Assembly: GCA_028534125.1 (NCBI GenBank)
Contig: CM052816.1
Span: forward strand, 7,442,001 to 7,506,000
From: Lama glama
Taxonomy: Eukaryota
Direction: 5' to 3'
Length of the DNA: 64,000 nucleotides
Shown: one piece after another, positions 13,508 to 27,712 of the stretch
How positions within the stretch are numbered: position 1 is the stretch's first letter
How the letters are laid out: the number at the start of each line of letters is the position of its first letter
Program-made: the position numbers and the translations under genes
The notes under the pieces: model-generated
Databases searched by the model: none
What the model was told of the DNA's origin: nothing
Seen by the model: only the letters and a program-made list of their open reading frames with translations

Positions 13508-15340
13508 CTTTTTCTTCCAGTTTTATTGAAATGTTATTGACATATAGCATTGTATAAGTTTAAGGTATACAGCATAATGATTTGACTTACATCATGAAAT
13601 GATTATCACAAAAAGTTTGGTGAACGTGCATCATCTCATATAGACACAAAATTAAAGAAATAGAAAAAAATATTTTTCCTTGTGATGAGAACTCTTCAGA
13701 TTTACTGAAGTTTCATTTAAAATACAGCATTGTTAATTATATTTATAATTCACCTACAGCACTATGTTAGTTCCTGTGAATCACAACACAGTGATTCAGT
13801 ATTTCTATACATTTCAAAATGATCACAGGGTAAGTCTAGTTATGATACGTCATGATACAAAGATATCATGTAGTTTTTACTATGTTCCCCATACTGTTCA
13901 TTTATTTTGTGCTGTGACTCATTTATTTTGCAACTGGAAGTTTGTACCTCTTGACCTCTGTATACCTCTATATACCTCTATATTTTAAAGTTTACTTTTA
14001 ATTTGTATACAGTACAGTTCATTTTTTTGATGCACATTTCTGTAAGTTTTGAGAAATGCATAGAATCATCAGTGCACCACAATCAGGACGCAGAACAATT
14101 CCCTCACCACAGAATGCTCCCTTGTGCTGCCCACTTTGTAGTCAACTTCCCCCCATCTCCCACTAACCCCTGGCATCCACCTTCTGTTCTCTGTCTCTAT
14201 TGTCTTATCTTTTCCAGAACGTCATCCACATGGGATCATACAGTATGTAACTTTTTAAGCCTGGCTTCTTTCACTTAGCTGCATGTAAGATCGTCCACGT
14301 GGCTGCATGCATCAGGAACTAGTTGCTTTCCACTGCTGAGCACCCACTGTATGGGCAACACCACCACTTGTTTATCCATTCACCTGTTAAAGGACGTTTA
14401 GGCTGTTTCTAGGTTCTGACGTTTATGAGTAATACTGCTGTAAGCATTTGTGTACAGAGTTTTGTGTGAACAGATGTTTTCATTTCTCTAGGAGTAGGTT
14501 TGTTAGGTCACATGTTAATGTGTTTAGCTTTATAAGAAATTGCCAAACAAGTTTCCAGAATGGCTGTACCATTTTGCATTCCCACCTAATGTATGAGCAT
14601 TAGAGTTGCTTTGCATCTTCGCTAGTTCTTGTATGTATTTTCAGGTTTTTTTAATTTTAGCCTTCTGCTAAGGGTGGTGGTATTTGTGATTTAATTAGCA
14701 TTTTACTAATGACCAATGATTTTGAGCATCTCTTTATGAGCTTATTTGACATCTGTATATCATCTTTGGTGTACTGTCTTTCAAATCTTTTGCAAATTTT
14801 TAAAAAACTGAGTTACTGTCTTTTATTGCTGAGTTTTAAAAATTCTTTATACATTCCAAAAGCAAACTCTTTATTAAATATGTAATTTGTAGATATTTTC
14901 TCTGGTCTGTAACTTACCTTTTCCTTCTCTTTACAGTGTCTTTCACAAAGAAAAAGCTTTAATTTTGATCAAGTTCAACATATGAAAATTTTTCATTTGT
15001 GGATCCTGCTTTATCTAAAACACTTTGCCTAATCCAAAGTCACAAAGATTTTCCTCATATATTTTCTTCTAAATGTTTTATTGTTTTCATTGTACATTTA
15101 GATCTATGATCCATTCTGAGTTAATTAGTAAAAGTGTTCATAGGTTAAAGTTCAATTTTTTAAGAATGCCCAGTTATTCCAGCCTTATTTGTTGAAAAGA
15201 CTACCTATTCTCCATTGAATTACCTTTGCATCTTTGTAAAAAGCTAGTTGATACACAAGTATGGGTCAGTCTCTGAGCTCCCTATTTCTGATTCATCAAT
15301 CAGTGTGTTTGTCCTTTCATGAATACCAAAATGACTTTGA
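13508..15340 (-). mobile_element. Cluster of old antisense L1 3'-end and ORF2 fragments
   Basis: ttttattgaaat...gtataagtttaaggtatacagcat 3'-end motif, then tttatccattcacctgtt and gttgaaaagact ORF2/3'UTR motifs; boundaries approximate. Confidence 0.75.
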
Positions 15341-15695
15341 AGTGGTGTTTGGCTCCACTTTGCTAATGTACTACCCAGGGACCAGTCTTGGATGTAGATG
15401 GTGGTCTCCACGATAGGTTAGCTGTCAAAGCCTTTGCTTTGGTGCTTCACATCAGTTCATGTGCACCTCAGGGCTGAGCCCAGGACTTCATCCATAGATT
15501 TAGGGAATCACTTTATCTGGCTCTCTCCTTTCCAAGTTTTCCTGCACACTCACCCAGTGGTTTCTTTTTCTGGTCTTCTGGCTAAAAAGCCAGAGTTTTA
15601 TCCTCCATGCCCTGTTACACACTTCTTGTGACTGGACCTAACTCTAGGGTTAAGCACTGAGAGAAAAAAGGGAAGAAAGTAATAGGGATTCCACC

Positions 15696-15864
15696 CAGGA
15701 CAGCTCCCTGGGCTTGCAACCTGTGTGGCCATCTAGGGCCTTTAGAAGGATCCCACAGTTGGTTTAATGCTCTGCTTTCATTATCTTGAAATTCCCGATC
15801 TTTGATCAAGAGGCTCTGTATTGTCATTTTGCACTGGGTCCCACAAATTATGTAGCCAGTCCTG
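15696..15864. mobile_element. Short non-autonomous DNA transposon remnant (MER91-like)
   Basis: cagg...cctg termini and cattttgcactgggtcccacaaattatgtagcc motif; family name from memory. Confidence 0.5.
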
Positions 15865-17067
15865 ATTCCCCTCACACTCTGGATTCCCAAAGCCCCCTTT
15901 CCCTGTTCCTCTGCTCTGAGAGGAGTTTGCCTCAGATTTTTAGATGCCTGTGTAACCACCACAGTCACTAATACAGCAGACTGTTGCTTTGGACTGAGAC
16001 TTGCCTTGGGGGTATGGCCTGGAGAGTTAAAAAAAAAAAAAGGAAGAAAAATAATAGGGATTCTCTCCATGCTGTCTGTCCCACAGGGTCCCCTATTTTA
16101 GGTCCTCTAACCAGAAAAGAGGTTTCTCTTTGAGTTTTCCCTGTCTGCATCCACTACATAGTTCCAGAATTTGGGCTCCCTTTGAGTCTAACTGGGAGAC
16201 ATGGGAAGAGAAAAAAATCAAGAAATTCACTACCATAATGGCCATTTTTACTAGTTTTGAGCAATTCACCTTCTATTATATACTTTTCAGAGCCCATGTA
16301 TAGTTGCTTTATGTTTTCTGTCCAGGGCTTTTAGTTTTAATCAGTGTGGCAGATATGATGCAGTGTGCTTACATCATCTGAACAGAACTAGAAGCACTTT
16401 ATATTTAGAATTTTGGACAGTCATGGCAAAAAGAAGAGTACAGTGGTTGAGCAGATGGCTTTGGAGGCAGAATGTGCCAGAATCTTACTTTAGCCACAGG
16501 CTAATCTCTGAACTCTAATTCTTCAACTATAAAATGATGATAATACATGTTCAATAAGTATTTGTAGAACATCTACTATCTGCTAATGATTATTAGTATT
16601 ACAGTTCAGATTATCTTTAGAAACCTTCTATCCCAGTCTCCAGTTTTACAGAAAAGAAGTCTAACCCCAGGGAGGGAAGAGGTCTTGAACTGGGTCACCA
16701 GCTGGGAACTGGCCCCAGTCGAGACCTTCCCACTCTGTGTGAATGGCCATTTATCTCTTTGATTGACTGGGGGCAGGGGAAGTCAGCTACTTACTATGAT
16801 ATGGCCTTGTGAAAAGATCGTTTTTAGCTTGGAGAATTTATGCAGCAAAAATGTAAGGCAGGGTAGAAAAGCTCAGGTTGGATTGTCTGCTCCCCACTTA
16901 ATCCCTTGGACACTTTCCTGAGCACCTGCTACAATTAGGAACATGCACCTAACCCAGAAGAAAGTGGAAATGCGCAGCCACGACCCTGACACGCACTCCC
17001 CTCAAGTGTCTTCCAATTGCATGGAGAGGAAGGGGAGGTGCTTATTGGACAAAAAAAGGATTTAAAT

Positions 17068-17826
<759 letters not shown>

Positions 17827-19554
17827 TAACTCCATGGGCCCTCAGGCAGTGGAGACTCTGGGCTGGTAGAAATGGGAACACGTAGGTCACTTTCCCCTCC
17901 CCTCCACAGATGGCAAACTGAGGTCCACAGGGAGCAGCAGAGCTGTCACTGGAAACCTGGGCTCTGGATTCTCTGTCCATGGAGCTCCTTCAACAACAGC
18001 CTCCCATGTTGAGAGAGGCCTTGATAGCTGAGCGTGAGGAAGGACCTAATTTAGGAAGAGAGGGGAGAAATGAGTCCTTGGTCATCTAAGGAGAGAAGGG
18101 GCATGGAAAGAGGGCAAGAGACAAGAGAGAGGAGCCGGTGGGTGGCTCCCGTTACATTTACTAAGGCTGTTACCAAGTCTTGCAGAGTAGCTAGGATGAA
18201 AAAGTAGTAAAACAAGAACCAATTGGGGAAGACCATTAGAATCTGTAAAATTTTTATGTTCAAATGACTGAATTCATGCAGCACTTTGCTGACCCAGACT
18301 TCAACAGTGCCATTTTTAAAGACACACAAACTCATATCACATTGTGCAGCACTTTCTTACATACTGAGGTATGTCATTAAATACAAGATGCCTGTCTTTT
18401 TAAGGGTCACTTGGAGGCTTAATTTATCTAAATAGGGCTCCCCCAAACTGATCAATGTCATTCATCAAACACGTACTGCATCCCAGTTACATGCAGCTGC
18501 TAGTCTAGATACATGGGGTGTGGAGGATGCTGATGTGAGTAGACTGTGATTTTGAGCTTCACTTCCTCAGCTCATGATCCAATGGAAATGGGGAAGGGAT
18601 AGTGTATGTACACAAGTGTGATACAGAACAGAAAAGGAAACCTTCCAGCATAGCAGAGAGACCTTGGGGACTTCCAAGGACAGAAAGTTCATCAGAATGG
18701 GGCAACAGGGAATCTTCTTGTCCAGCAAAACAACTCTACCCAAACCAGAACAACTATAGCTCCTCTGGATCCAGGTCTCAGTTGTACCAACTCTTAGCTC
18801 GTGGTCATGGGTGATTTACTTAACCAATCTGACCCTTGGCTTCCTCATCTATAAAGAAGAGTTATCATATGGATTAAGCTGAGTATGTCTAAAAGCATCT
18901 GGCATGTAGTACTTGATCAAAAGATGGGAATTTCAAAAAACAGGTGGGGTTTGCACAGATGGAAATGGAGTAGAGAGGGTGTTCCAGGCCTCAGAACTAG
19001 TGTGAGCAAGAAACACAGAAATGTGGATGTTAGTCTTTTTAAGATACGGGCTAAATATACACACAGACACAGACATACAGGTTTATTAAACATGGCAGGT
19101 ACATCTACCACATTAGTGGGCTAAAGGAAAAAAGCCGTATCTCCATAAGTCAAAACAGTATAGATAAAACTCAACATCCCCCGTCAGATGCTCTCTCTGC
19201 CCGTAATCTGAGGCCTGCAAATAACCCTGTCTTTCCTTTTACCCCCATTCCCCACACAACCCTATTTGTGGACCACCTCTTCCCCCAAGGATTCAGGATT
19301 CTGCGTTCTTTCAACCTACTAGAAGCATTTGTTGAAGGCCTGCAATGTGCCAAGAGCTTTGGGGGATCCAGAGAATTCCTAAGGACAGACAGAGATCTCA
19401 AGGGACGAGATCTTTTACACCCAGGTTTTTTGGTTTTCACCACTTACCACTTGTCCCTCCCTGAGCAAGATACCTGGCCTGAGCCTCTCTTTCCTAAAAT
19501 CTAAAATTCAGCATCAGGTGATAATGATTTGTAAAGGTGATATATTGAGATAGG

Positions 19555-19556
<2 letters not shown>

Positions 19557-19600
<44 letters not shown>
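19557..19600. repeat. (GATA)11 microsatellite
   Basis: Directly visible perfect run. Confidence 0.95.
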
Positions 19601-19601
<1 letters not shown>

Positions 19602-19789
19602 GTAATGGATATAGATATAGATAGATTGATTCATATCTCCATGCCTGAGTTTTTTTTTAGAGATGACCCTCTCAACTGTTCCATTTGAATCTATGGTACT
19701 TCACTCTATTTCCACTGCATGCTCTGCTGTGACTCCCTCTTGGCTCTTAGAAGGTCCCTCCCCATCATTTTTAGACAAGGAAACATTGA

Positions 19790-20062
<273 letters not shown>

Positions 20063-20370
20063 TAGAAGGCAGAGCACCATGTTGCTCTTTTCCTGAGGGC
20101 TGTCAGGAATCCGAAATATGGTAGATGAACCAGCATTGAATGAGTACCAACTGCATTTTAGGGACTGTCCTAAGGCCTTACAAGTTGTAACTCATTTAAG
20201 CTTCAGGAACAACCTAATTTTTACATGTTCCTAATTAGACAGATTTACTGGTGTCCAGCTTGAGGGAGTGACAGCTTATCAAATAATAATCATAATAACT
20301 GACTTTTTTGTTAACACTTACTGTGTGCCAGTCACTGTGCTAAACTCTTTCTATTCCATATTTCATAGTA

Positions 20371-20499
20371 ATTTTTTGTTTTGGGGGGAGGGCAGTAATT
20401 AGGCTTATTTATTTATTTAATGGAGGTACAGGGGATCAAACCCAGGACCTCATGCATGCTAAGCACGTGCTCTACCACTGAGCTATACCCTCCCCACCC
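20371..20499 (-). mobile_element. tRNA-derived SINE (vic-1-like) with 15-bp TSD
   Basis: Antisense Pol III A and B boxes (tagctcagtggtaga / gggtttgatccc); TSD ccatatttcatagta at 20356-20370 and 20500-20514. Confidence 0.9.
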
Positions 20500-21582
20500 C
20501 CATATTTCATAGTATTTTATTCAGTCCTTGCAGGAGCTCTTATGAGGTAGTACCATGATAAACCCTACTTTATAAATGAGAAAACTGAAGCAGGGAGTGA
20601 CAAGCAATTGGGAAGAAAGTGCCAGAGATGGAATTTGAACCCAAGTCATCTAAGTCCAGACCCTTCACCTCCAGGACAGAGATTGAAAATGGCAGCTAGT
20701 GAGTCTAGTTTGGCAGCAGAGGTATATTGTTTCACCCTCACAGCATTGTATAAATTTGGGCCAACATTAAAAACGTGGGAGAGCTCAGATACAAATGCAA
20801 ATTTCTAATGTTTTGGAAGAAAAATAAAATGATTTGGCAGTTCTCCATTGGCAGCAGTCAAGTGGAGCTCCTTGCCCCACAATGGGCCCGTGTTCATCTG
20901 CTGGCATCGGCTGGCTCCACTCATCCCCTCAGCAGCCCTCCCTGTGCTCCAGGCCCTATGAGCCAGGGTACCTCTTTCTGCTAGTATTTTAGCAGGGGCA
21001 AAGATGATAGAGATTCCTGCATTGTGCGTGGCATGGTCTAATTGTGCCTAAAGTTCCTTTAAATGTGATTCTTGCTCTGCTAAACCAGCCCATATAAGTC
21101 ATGGGACACTGATTTTCTTCCTTTGAAGTCATTCGTTCCCAATTTGCCCTAGGAAGCAGAATACTAGAGACTCCAGAAGGATCAATTAATTTTCCCCAAA
21201 TAAGAAGATAACAATTCCTTAGGCATGCATTCCTTTTGCATGCATTGCCCCAGCCAGTACATATGAGTAAATAAACTGAAGCAATAATAAAGATAACTTT
21301 TCTAAGTGCTTTACATGAATTAACTCATGTAAAATTAACACCATTTGCAGTATGAACCATGATACCTAAAAAGATCAATACTGTCCCCATTTGACAGATT
21401 AGGAAACAAACTGAGAAAGGTTTGGAGACTTAACAAGACCACACAAAGAGAGGCCAGAATCCTGCCTTCCAGCTCTACTTTCTTCTGTTATACCACACTC
21501 TATCACAGGAGACTTAGGGGAGGCTTCTGGGCTTTCTTGATAACCAGGAAGGTTGTCCAATGAGTAAAATTAAAAATGTAAA

Positions 21583-21896
21583 GACAAATGAACATAAATA
21601 CAAAACAGAAACAGACTCATAGACATAGAATACAAACTTGTGGTTGCCAGCGAAGAGGGAAGTGGGAAGGGACAAACGGGGAGTTTGAAATTTGTAGATA
21701 CTGACAGGTATATATAGAATAGATAAACAAGATTGTACTGTATAGCACAAGGAAACGTATACAAGATCTTGTGGTAGCTCACGGTGAAAAAGAATGTGAC
21801 AATTAGTATATGTATGTTCATGTATAACTGAAAAATTGTGCTCTACACTGGAAATTGACACAACATAGTAAACTGACTATAACTCAATAAAATAAA
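21583..21896 (+). mobile_element. 5'-truncated young L1 3'UTR
   Basis: acagaaacagactcatagacatagaa...ctataactcaataaa; similar to other L1 3' ends in the window. Confidence 0.85.
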
Positions 21897-22345
21897 TTTT
21901 TTTAAAAGTATAGATATATATTACCTGTTGGGTCTAGGAACCTTTGAAGCAATAAATTAATTTTTTTTAAATGTAAAAGCCCAGGCCTATAAAACATCCT
22001 ACTAAAAAAATATATGTATATGTATATAATTTCAAAATCTTTGGGTTTTAGTGTTTCTTTGTTAGATGTTTTCTGACATGTATGTAAAACCTGGAGAAGA
22101 TACTCCTTTAAAGAGACTCTGATCTTATTCCAACTGAAGACCCCTCTCTCCTATAAATAATTTCACATTCTAATTGTTTGCAGGAAAGAGGTGTTTGTAT
22201 TCATGTTAATTATTAAAATATTAGCTCCACAAAGGCAGCAGAGTTTTTTTGTCTGTTTTGGACATTGATATTTCCAAACAGCTGGGACAGTTCCCAGCAC
22301 TGTTATTTAGTGTTATTTATTAAGTAATAGCTTAATCATTGAACA

Positions 22346-22804
22346 TGTAGAGATTTGAAATGCACCTCTCTGGCATAAAAATTATTTTAAGCTAAAAACA
22401 TTAGAGCTAGTAGCCATAGCAGAGGAAAAAGCTTAATCTAAACTTCCTTTGCTGAATTCAGCAAGAACTTCTGAAAAATACAGGCACCATAAATCCCCTT
22501 TCTGGGAGGTTTTCAGCCAGAAAGGAGACTAACCATCATCACAGACTGAGTACTTACTTAAATAAACTATCAGAGAATGTCATACCTTTCACTTGTTTTT
22601 TCATGGAATCTATTTCTCCCTGATCCAGTTCCCCTTATGAAATGGGTATATAAACCCCTATCTTTGTTTGGGGACCCAATTCTTTGAAGGCTCCTAGCTC
22701 TAAATAAACGTTGTCTTTCTTCTTGTTAATCTTCTATTGTCAAATTCTCAGGCCCCCAGATCACTGAACCTAAATGAGTGGAGAGAAAGTTTTTCCTCCC
22801 AACA
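22346..22804 (+). mobile_element. Solo ERV1-class LTR (MER34-like)
   Basis: TG...CA termini; TATATAAA at 22647; AATAAA at 22703; ends gaaagtttttcctcccaaca; no clean TSD; family from memory. Confidence 0.7.
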
Positions 22805-22940
22805 ATATGAGTGTATATATTTGAAAAATAATTATTTGAAAAATGATTGAAAGGAGACGCAACAAAATTTTAATGCACAACCTCCAGTGAATGTGATTGA
22901 GGGTGTTACGGGAGTTTTGACTTTTTCTTTATGTAACTGA

Positions 22941-23318
<378 letters not shown>

Positions 23319-23864
23319 TGAAAATGGCACTGCTTCTTACCCACCAGCACCTGACTTTTAATGATATAAACCTCTTTTATATGCATTTATATGTGTTTTG
23401 CTGTTTTACCTTTCTCTGGGCTAAGCCACAGTGAAACAAGCACATACTCACCAGCTACAAAGTCTAGATGGTAATTTTTTACCTTTTTTCTTTTCTTCCA
23501 CCTCTAGCTTTCCACTACATTGAGAGCTCTCCCATGGAAATCTCTTGTTTCCATCCAACTTTTTGGCAATTCACATGATGAATTTCATACCTTGAGGGGG
23601 TTATGCAAGAGGAAGCTACCAGGGGGCATCCAAGAAGCAGCAGCTGACAGAAGGAGGTGCAGCCAGCTAAGGCTGATCATGATTTGACAGACAAAGGGTT
23701 TCCTCTTTTCCAGATCTGTTTAAAGAGCAAAGATGAGGAGTGGGGACATATCCATAATCCAGCAAGTTGTCACAGCTCCATTGTCAGAGGAGCTCCATTG
23801 CCAGAGGTCCAATGTAAGCTGCAAATCTCAGACAAAAAGGAGCCATCATATTTAAGTCTGGGGC

Positions 23865-23870
23865 AATAAA
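23865..23870 (+). other. Candidate proximal polyadenylation signal of SLC36A2
   Basis: AATAAA about 550 nt after the stop codon. Confidence 0.35.
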
Positions 23871-24007
23871 CCTTCTAAACTACTAGATAAAGTTTGGCCC
23901 AGTTTAAAGACCTCAACAAAGGACAGGCATCATGGAAGTGGATGTAACAATGGCAGGCAGGAGGGGATGGACAATGACATTATTTAACATTATTTACCTC
24001 TTAATTC

Positions 24008-24168
24008 TTTTTTTAAATTGAAGTATAGTTGATTTACAATGTTATGTTAGTTTCAGGAGTACAGTAAAGGCCAAAAGGCACATGAAAAGATGCAAAAGAT
24101 GCTCAATATAGCTATTATTAGAGAAATGCAGATTAAAACCACAATGAGGTATCATCTCACACCAGTCA
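24008..24168. mobile_element. Small rearranged L1 fragment downstream of the SLC36A2 stop
   Basis: Antisense L1 3' tail fused to a sense ORF2 fragment. Confidence 0.7.
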
Positions 24169-24217
24169 ACAAGCATTCTTGATTACCTACACTATGCCAA
24201 GCACAGTTCAAAGCTCT

Positions 24218-24712
24218 TATAGTAGATTATAAAAATAGCCACAGATTCCTCTTGACAGTGTATCTTTGCAGCTTCTCCTGTCAAGAGGTGAAATCTATAT
24301 CTCTACCCTTTGAATCTTTTCTTGGCCTTGTAACTTGCTTTGGCCAATGGGACATTAATAAATGTGACATAAACAGATGTTTGGTGGTGGCTTGTGCATC
24401 GGGACCTTCATCTCGATGCTCTGTGGAGCCAGGAGCACCAGGTGAAGAAGCCAGGGCTAGCCTACCTGGAGAATGAGAGACCATGTGGACCAGAAATGAA
24501 TCATCCCAGGTGAGCCCCATCTCCCAGAACAACCAGGCTGCTGACTTCTGACACGTAAGTGAAGTATCCTAGACTATATACAGCCCTAGTCAAGCTGGCC
24601 CAGCCCATAGGTATTGCTCAGATGATTCACAGAATTATGAGAAATAATAAATGTGTTTAGTTTTAAGGTATAAGGTGTGGAAGTTTTTATGCAGTGAAAG
24701 CCAACTGATACT
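24218..24712 (+). mobile_element. MLT1-type (ERVL-MaLR) LTR
   Basis: cttgctttggccaatggg...agaaataataaatg...aactgatac; carries AATAAA at 24646. Confidence 0.7.
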
Positions 24713-25753
24713 TCTCTCCAAAGAGGATACAGGAATGAGTAAGAAAAGAATCTCTGTCCTCAAGCTGACCTGCTGTCTACTGGGAAAGAATGACAGGTCA
24801 TCAACTAAGTCACTACCATCATAGGTCCTTATAAGGTCAGGGGGACACTAACTGTTCTGGAGTACTGAGCATGACTTTCCCAGGTGGCACCATTTGAGCT
24901 GGATTTTGAGTAGAACTTGGGTCTCCCAACACTGAATCTGGTCCTCCTTCCTCTCAGTCCTGCTGCCTTGACAATACTGTGCCTTTCCTCATGTCTGAGC
25001 TTGGCTGGCAACCAGGGGCCCATCAACCCAACACACCACTTCAACTTTCCTGGTGGTTACCACTCCCTCCATCCCCACTAAAACTAAAATTTGGAAAAGG
25101 CACCTAGATAAATGAGATGTTGTAGGCAGATCTGTAGTTCATTGGTGGTAGGGAATTTCTCATTACATTCTCTGTGGTTTGAGGGAGTGACCCATCCTTG
25201 TTTTAGCCTCAGTTTTAAGGGAACGTTTTTAAAAACCCCTTCCTCCTTATTTTCATCCATTATCCTCCCTGCACAACCTTGGGAAGGTATGGAAGGGATG
25301 GAGCGTCTGTCCTAATTTCCAAGTCCTAGTCTCTTCTTCTGTGTTACTTTCTACCTGCTAGATTTCCAGAAGGTATTTCATGAACACAAGCTCTGTAGTC
25401 TGCAGAGTACCTGCTGGGAGATGGGACACTCAGAGCCTGTGCAGTGGTCCACAGCTCACTTGGCCAGAGGGCTGAGTCATCGTTTCTGCACGTTGCTTCT
25501 GTGTTTCATCAGAAGACCCAAAGGACTTCTACTGATTGGCTCAAGGCCTTGGCAAAGTTCATTTCCTCCCACTGAACTTGTCTTCCACCCTACTCAACTA
25601 TCACCCCACCCAACCTTGCTAAATTTAAGATTATTTTCTCCGTTATTAAAAAATGGTCACACTCATTCTCCAAGAAGCCCCTACTGTGCAAGATTATCAG
25701 ATTAATCTTATCATTTAGATCAATTTGGCAAAAGTTACATCTTGGAAAGAAAA

Positions 25754-25786
25754 AATAAATGTAGTAACATTGGTAGTACCAATAAA
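25754..25786 (+). other. Candidate distal polyadenylation signals of SLC36A2
   Basis: Two AATAAA hexamers (25754, 25781) in unique sequence just before the intergenic L1. Confidence 0.4.
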
Positions 25787-25855
25787 AGCAAGCTAGAAGT
25801 CTCATTAGTAATTGTCAGCAACACTAAAGAATACCAACTGTTAGAATTCTGTTTG

Positions 25856-27712
25856 ATTTATGACAAACCTACAGCCAGCATAATACTCAATGGTGAAAAA
25901 CTGAAAGCCTTCCCACTAAAATCTGGAACAAAACAAGGATGTCCACTCTCACCACCTCTATTCAACATAGTCTTGGAAGTCCTAGCCACAACAATCAAGC
26001 AAGAAAAAGAGATAAAAGAGATCCAAATTGGAAGAGAAGAGGTAAAATTGTTGTTGTATGCAGATGACATGATACTATATATAGAAAACCCTAAAAGCTC
26101 CACACAAAAACTACTAGAGCTGATAAAAGAGTTCAGCAAGGTAGCAGGATACAAGATTAACACACAAAAAATCAGTTCCATTTCTTTACACTAACAATGA
26201 ATTAACAAGAAAAGAAAGTAAAGAAATAATCCCTTTTAAAATCGCATCCAAAACAATAAAATACTGAGGAATATATCTGACCAAGCAGATGAAAGAGTTA
26301 TACATGGAGATCTACAAAACATGGATTATGGAAATGAAAGATGACTTAAAGAAATGGAAAGATATCCCATGATCTTCAATTGGAAGAATCACTACTGTTA
26401 AAATGGCCCTACTATCCAAGGCAATCCACAGATTTAATGTGATCCCTATCAAATTACCCATGACATTTTTCACAAAACTAGAACAAATAACCCTAAAATT
26501 TATATGGAATCATAAAAGACCAGGTATTGCCAAAGCAATACTGAAGAAAAAGAATGAAGCTGGAGGAATAACCCTCCCAGACTTCAGGCAGTACTACAGA
26601 GCTACAGTCATCAAAACAGCATGGTATTGGTATGAAAACAGACATATGGATCAGTGGAACAGAATAGAGAGCCCAGAAATAAATCCACAGGCCTATGATC
26701 AATTAATCTTTGACAAAGGAGGCAAGAATATACAATGGAGAAAAAAGACAGTCTCTTCAGCAAGTGGTGCTGGGAAAACTGGATAGCAGCCTGTAAATCA
26801 TTGAAGTTAGAAAATGTCCTCACACTATACACAAAAATAAACTCAAAATGGCTTCCAGACTTAAATATAAGACAAGAAGTGATAAATCACCTAAAAGAAA
26901 ACATAGGCAAAACATTCTCTGACATAAATCTTAGCAATGTCCTCCTAGGGCAGTCTACCCAGTCAATAGAAATAAGAGGAAACATTAACAAATGGGGCCT
27001 AATTAAACTTACAAGGTTTTGCACAACAAAGGAAACCATAAGCAAAACCAAATGACAACCTATGGAATGGGAGAAAATATTTGCAAATGATGTGACTCAC
27101 AAAGGCTTAATTTCCAGCACATATAAATAGCTCATACAACTTAATAACAAAAAAAAAACAAACAACCCAACCCAAAAATGGGAGGAAGACCTAAACAAGC
27201 ATTTCTCCAATGAAGACATACAAATGGCCAATAGACACATGGAAAAATGTTCAAATCACTAATTATCAGAAAAATGCAAAGCAAAACTACAATGAGGTAT
27301 CACCTCACACCAGTCAGAATGGCCATCCTTAAAAAGTCCACAAACTAGAGAGGGTGTGGAGAAAAGGGAACCCTCCTACACTGCTGGTGGGAATACAGTT
27401 TGGTGTAGCTGTTATGGAAAACAATATGGAGATTCCTCAGAAAACTAAAAACGGATTTACCATTTGATCCAGCAATGCCACTCCTGGGCATATATCTGGA
27501 GGGAACTCTAATTTGAAAAGATACATGCACCCCAATGTTCATAGTAGAACTGTATACAATATCCAGACATGGAAGCAACCTAAATGGCCATCGACAGATG
27601 ACTGGTTAAAGAAGTTGTGGTATATTTATACAATGGAATACTATTCAGTGTTAAAAAAGAATAAAATAATGCCATTTGCAGCAACATGGATGGACCTAGA
27701 GATTGTCGTTCT
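25856..27712 (+). mobile_element. Young L1 fragment (ORF2 RT to C-terminus), frameshifted, lacking its 3'UTR
   Basis: ORFs containing [20 protein letters not shown] and [11 protein letters not shown]. Confidence 0.95.

Noticed and set aside
15625..16070. Two loosely similar segments ending ggaagaaa.taatagggatt and a 151-aa minus-strand ORF
   Set aside because: Low similarity, consistent with internal repeats of an ancient repeat remnant; the ORF crosses a DNA transposon and shows no coding signal
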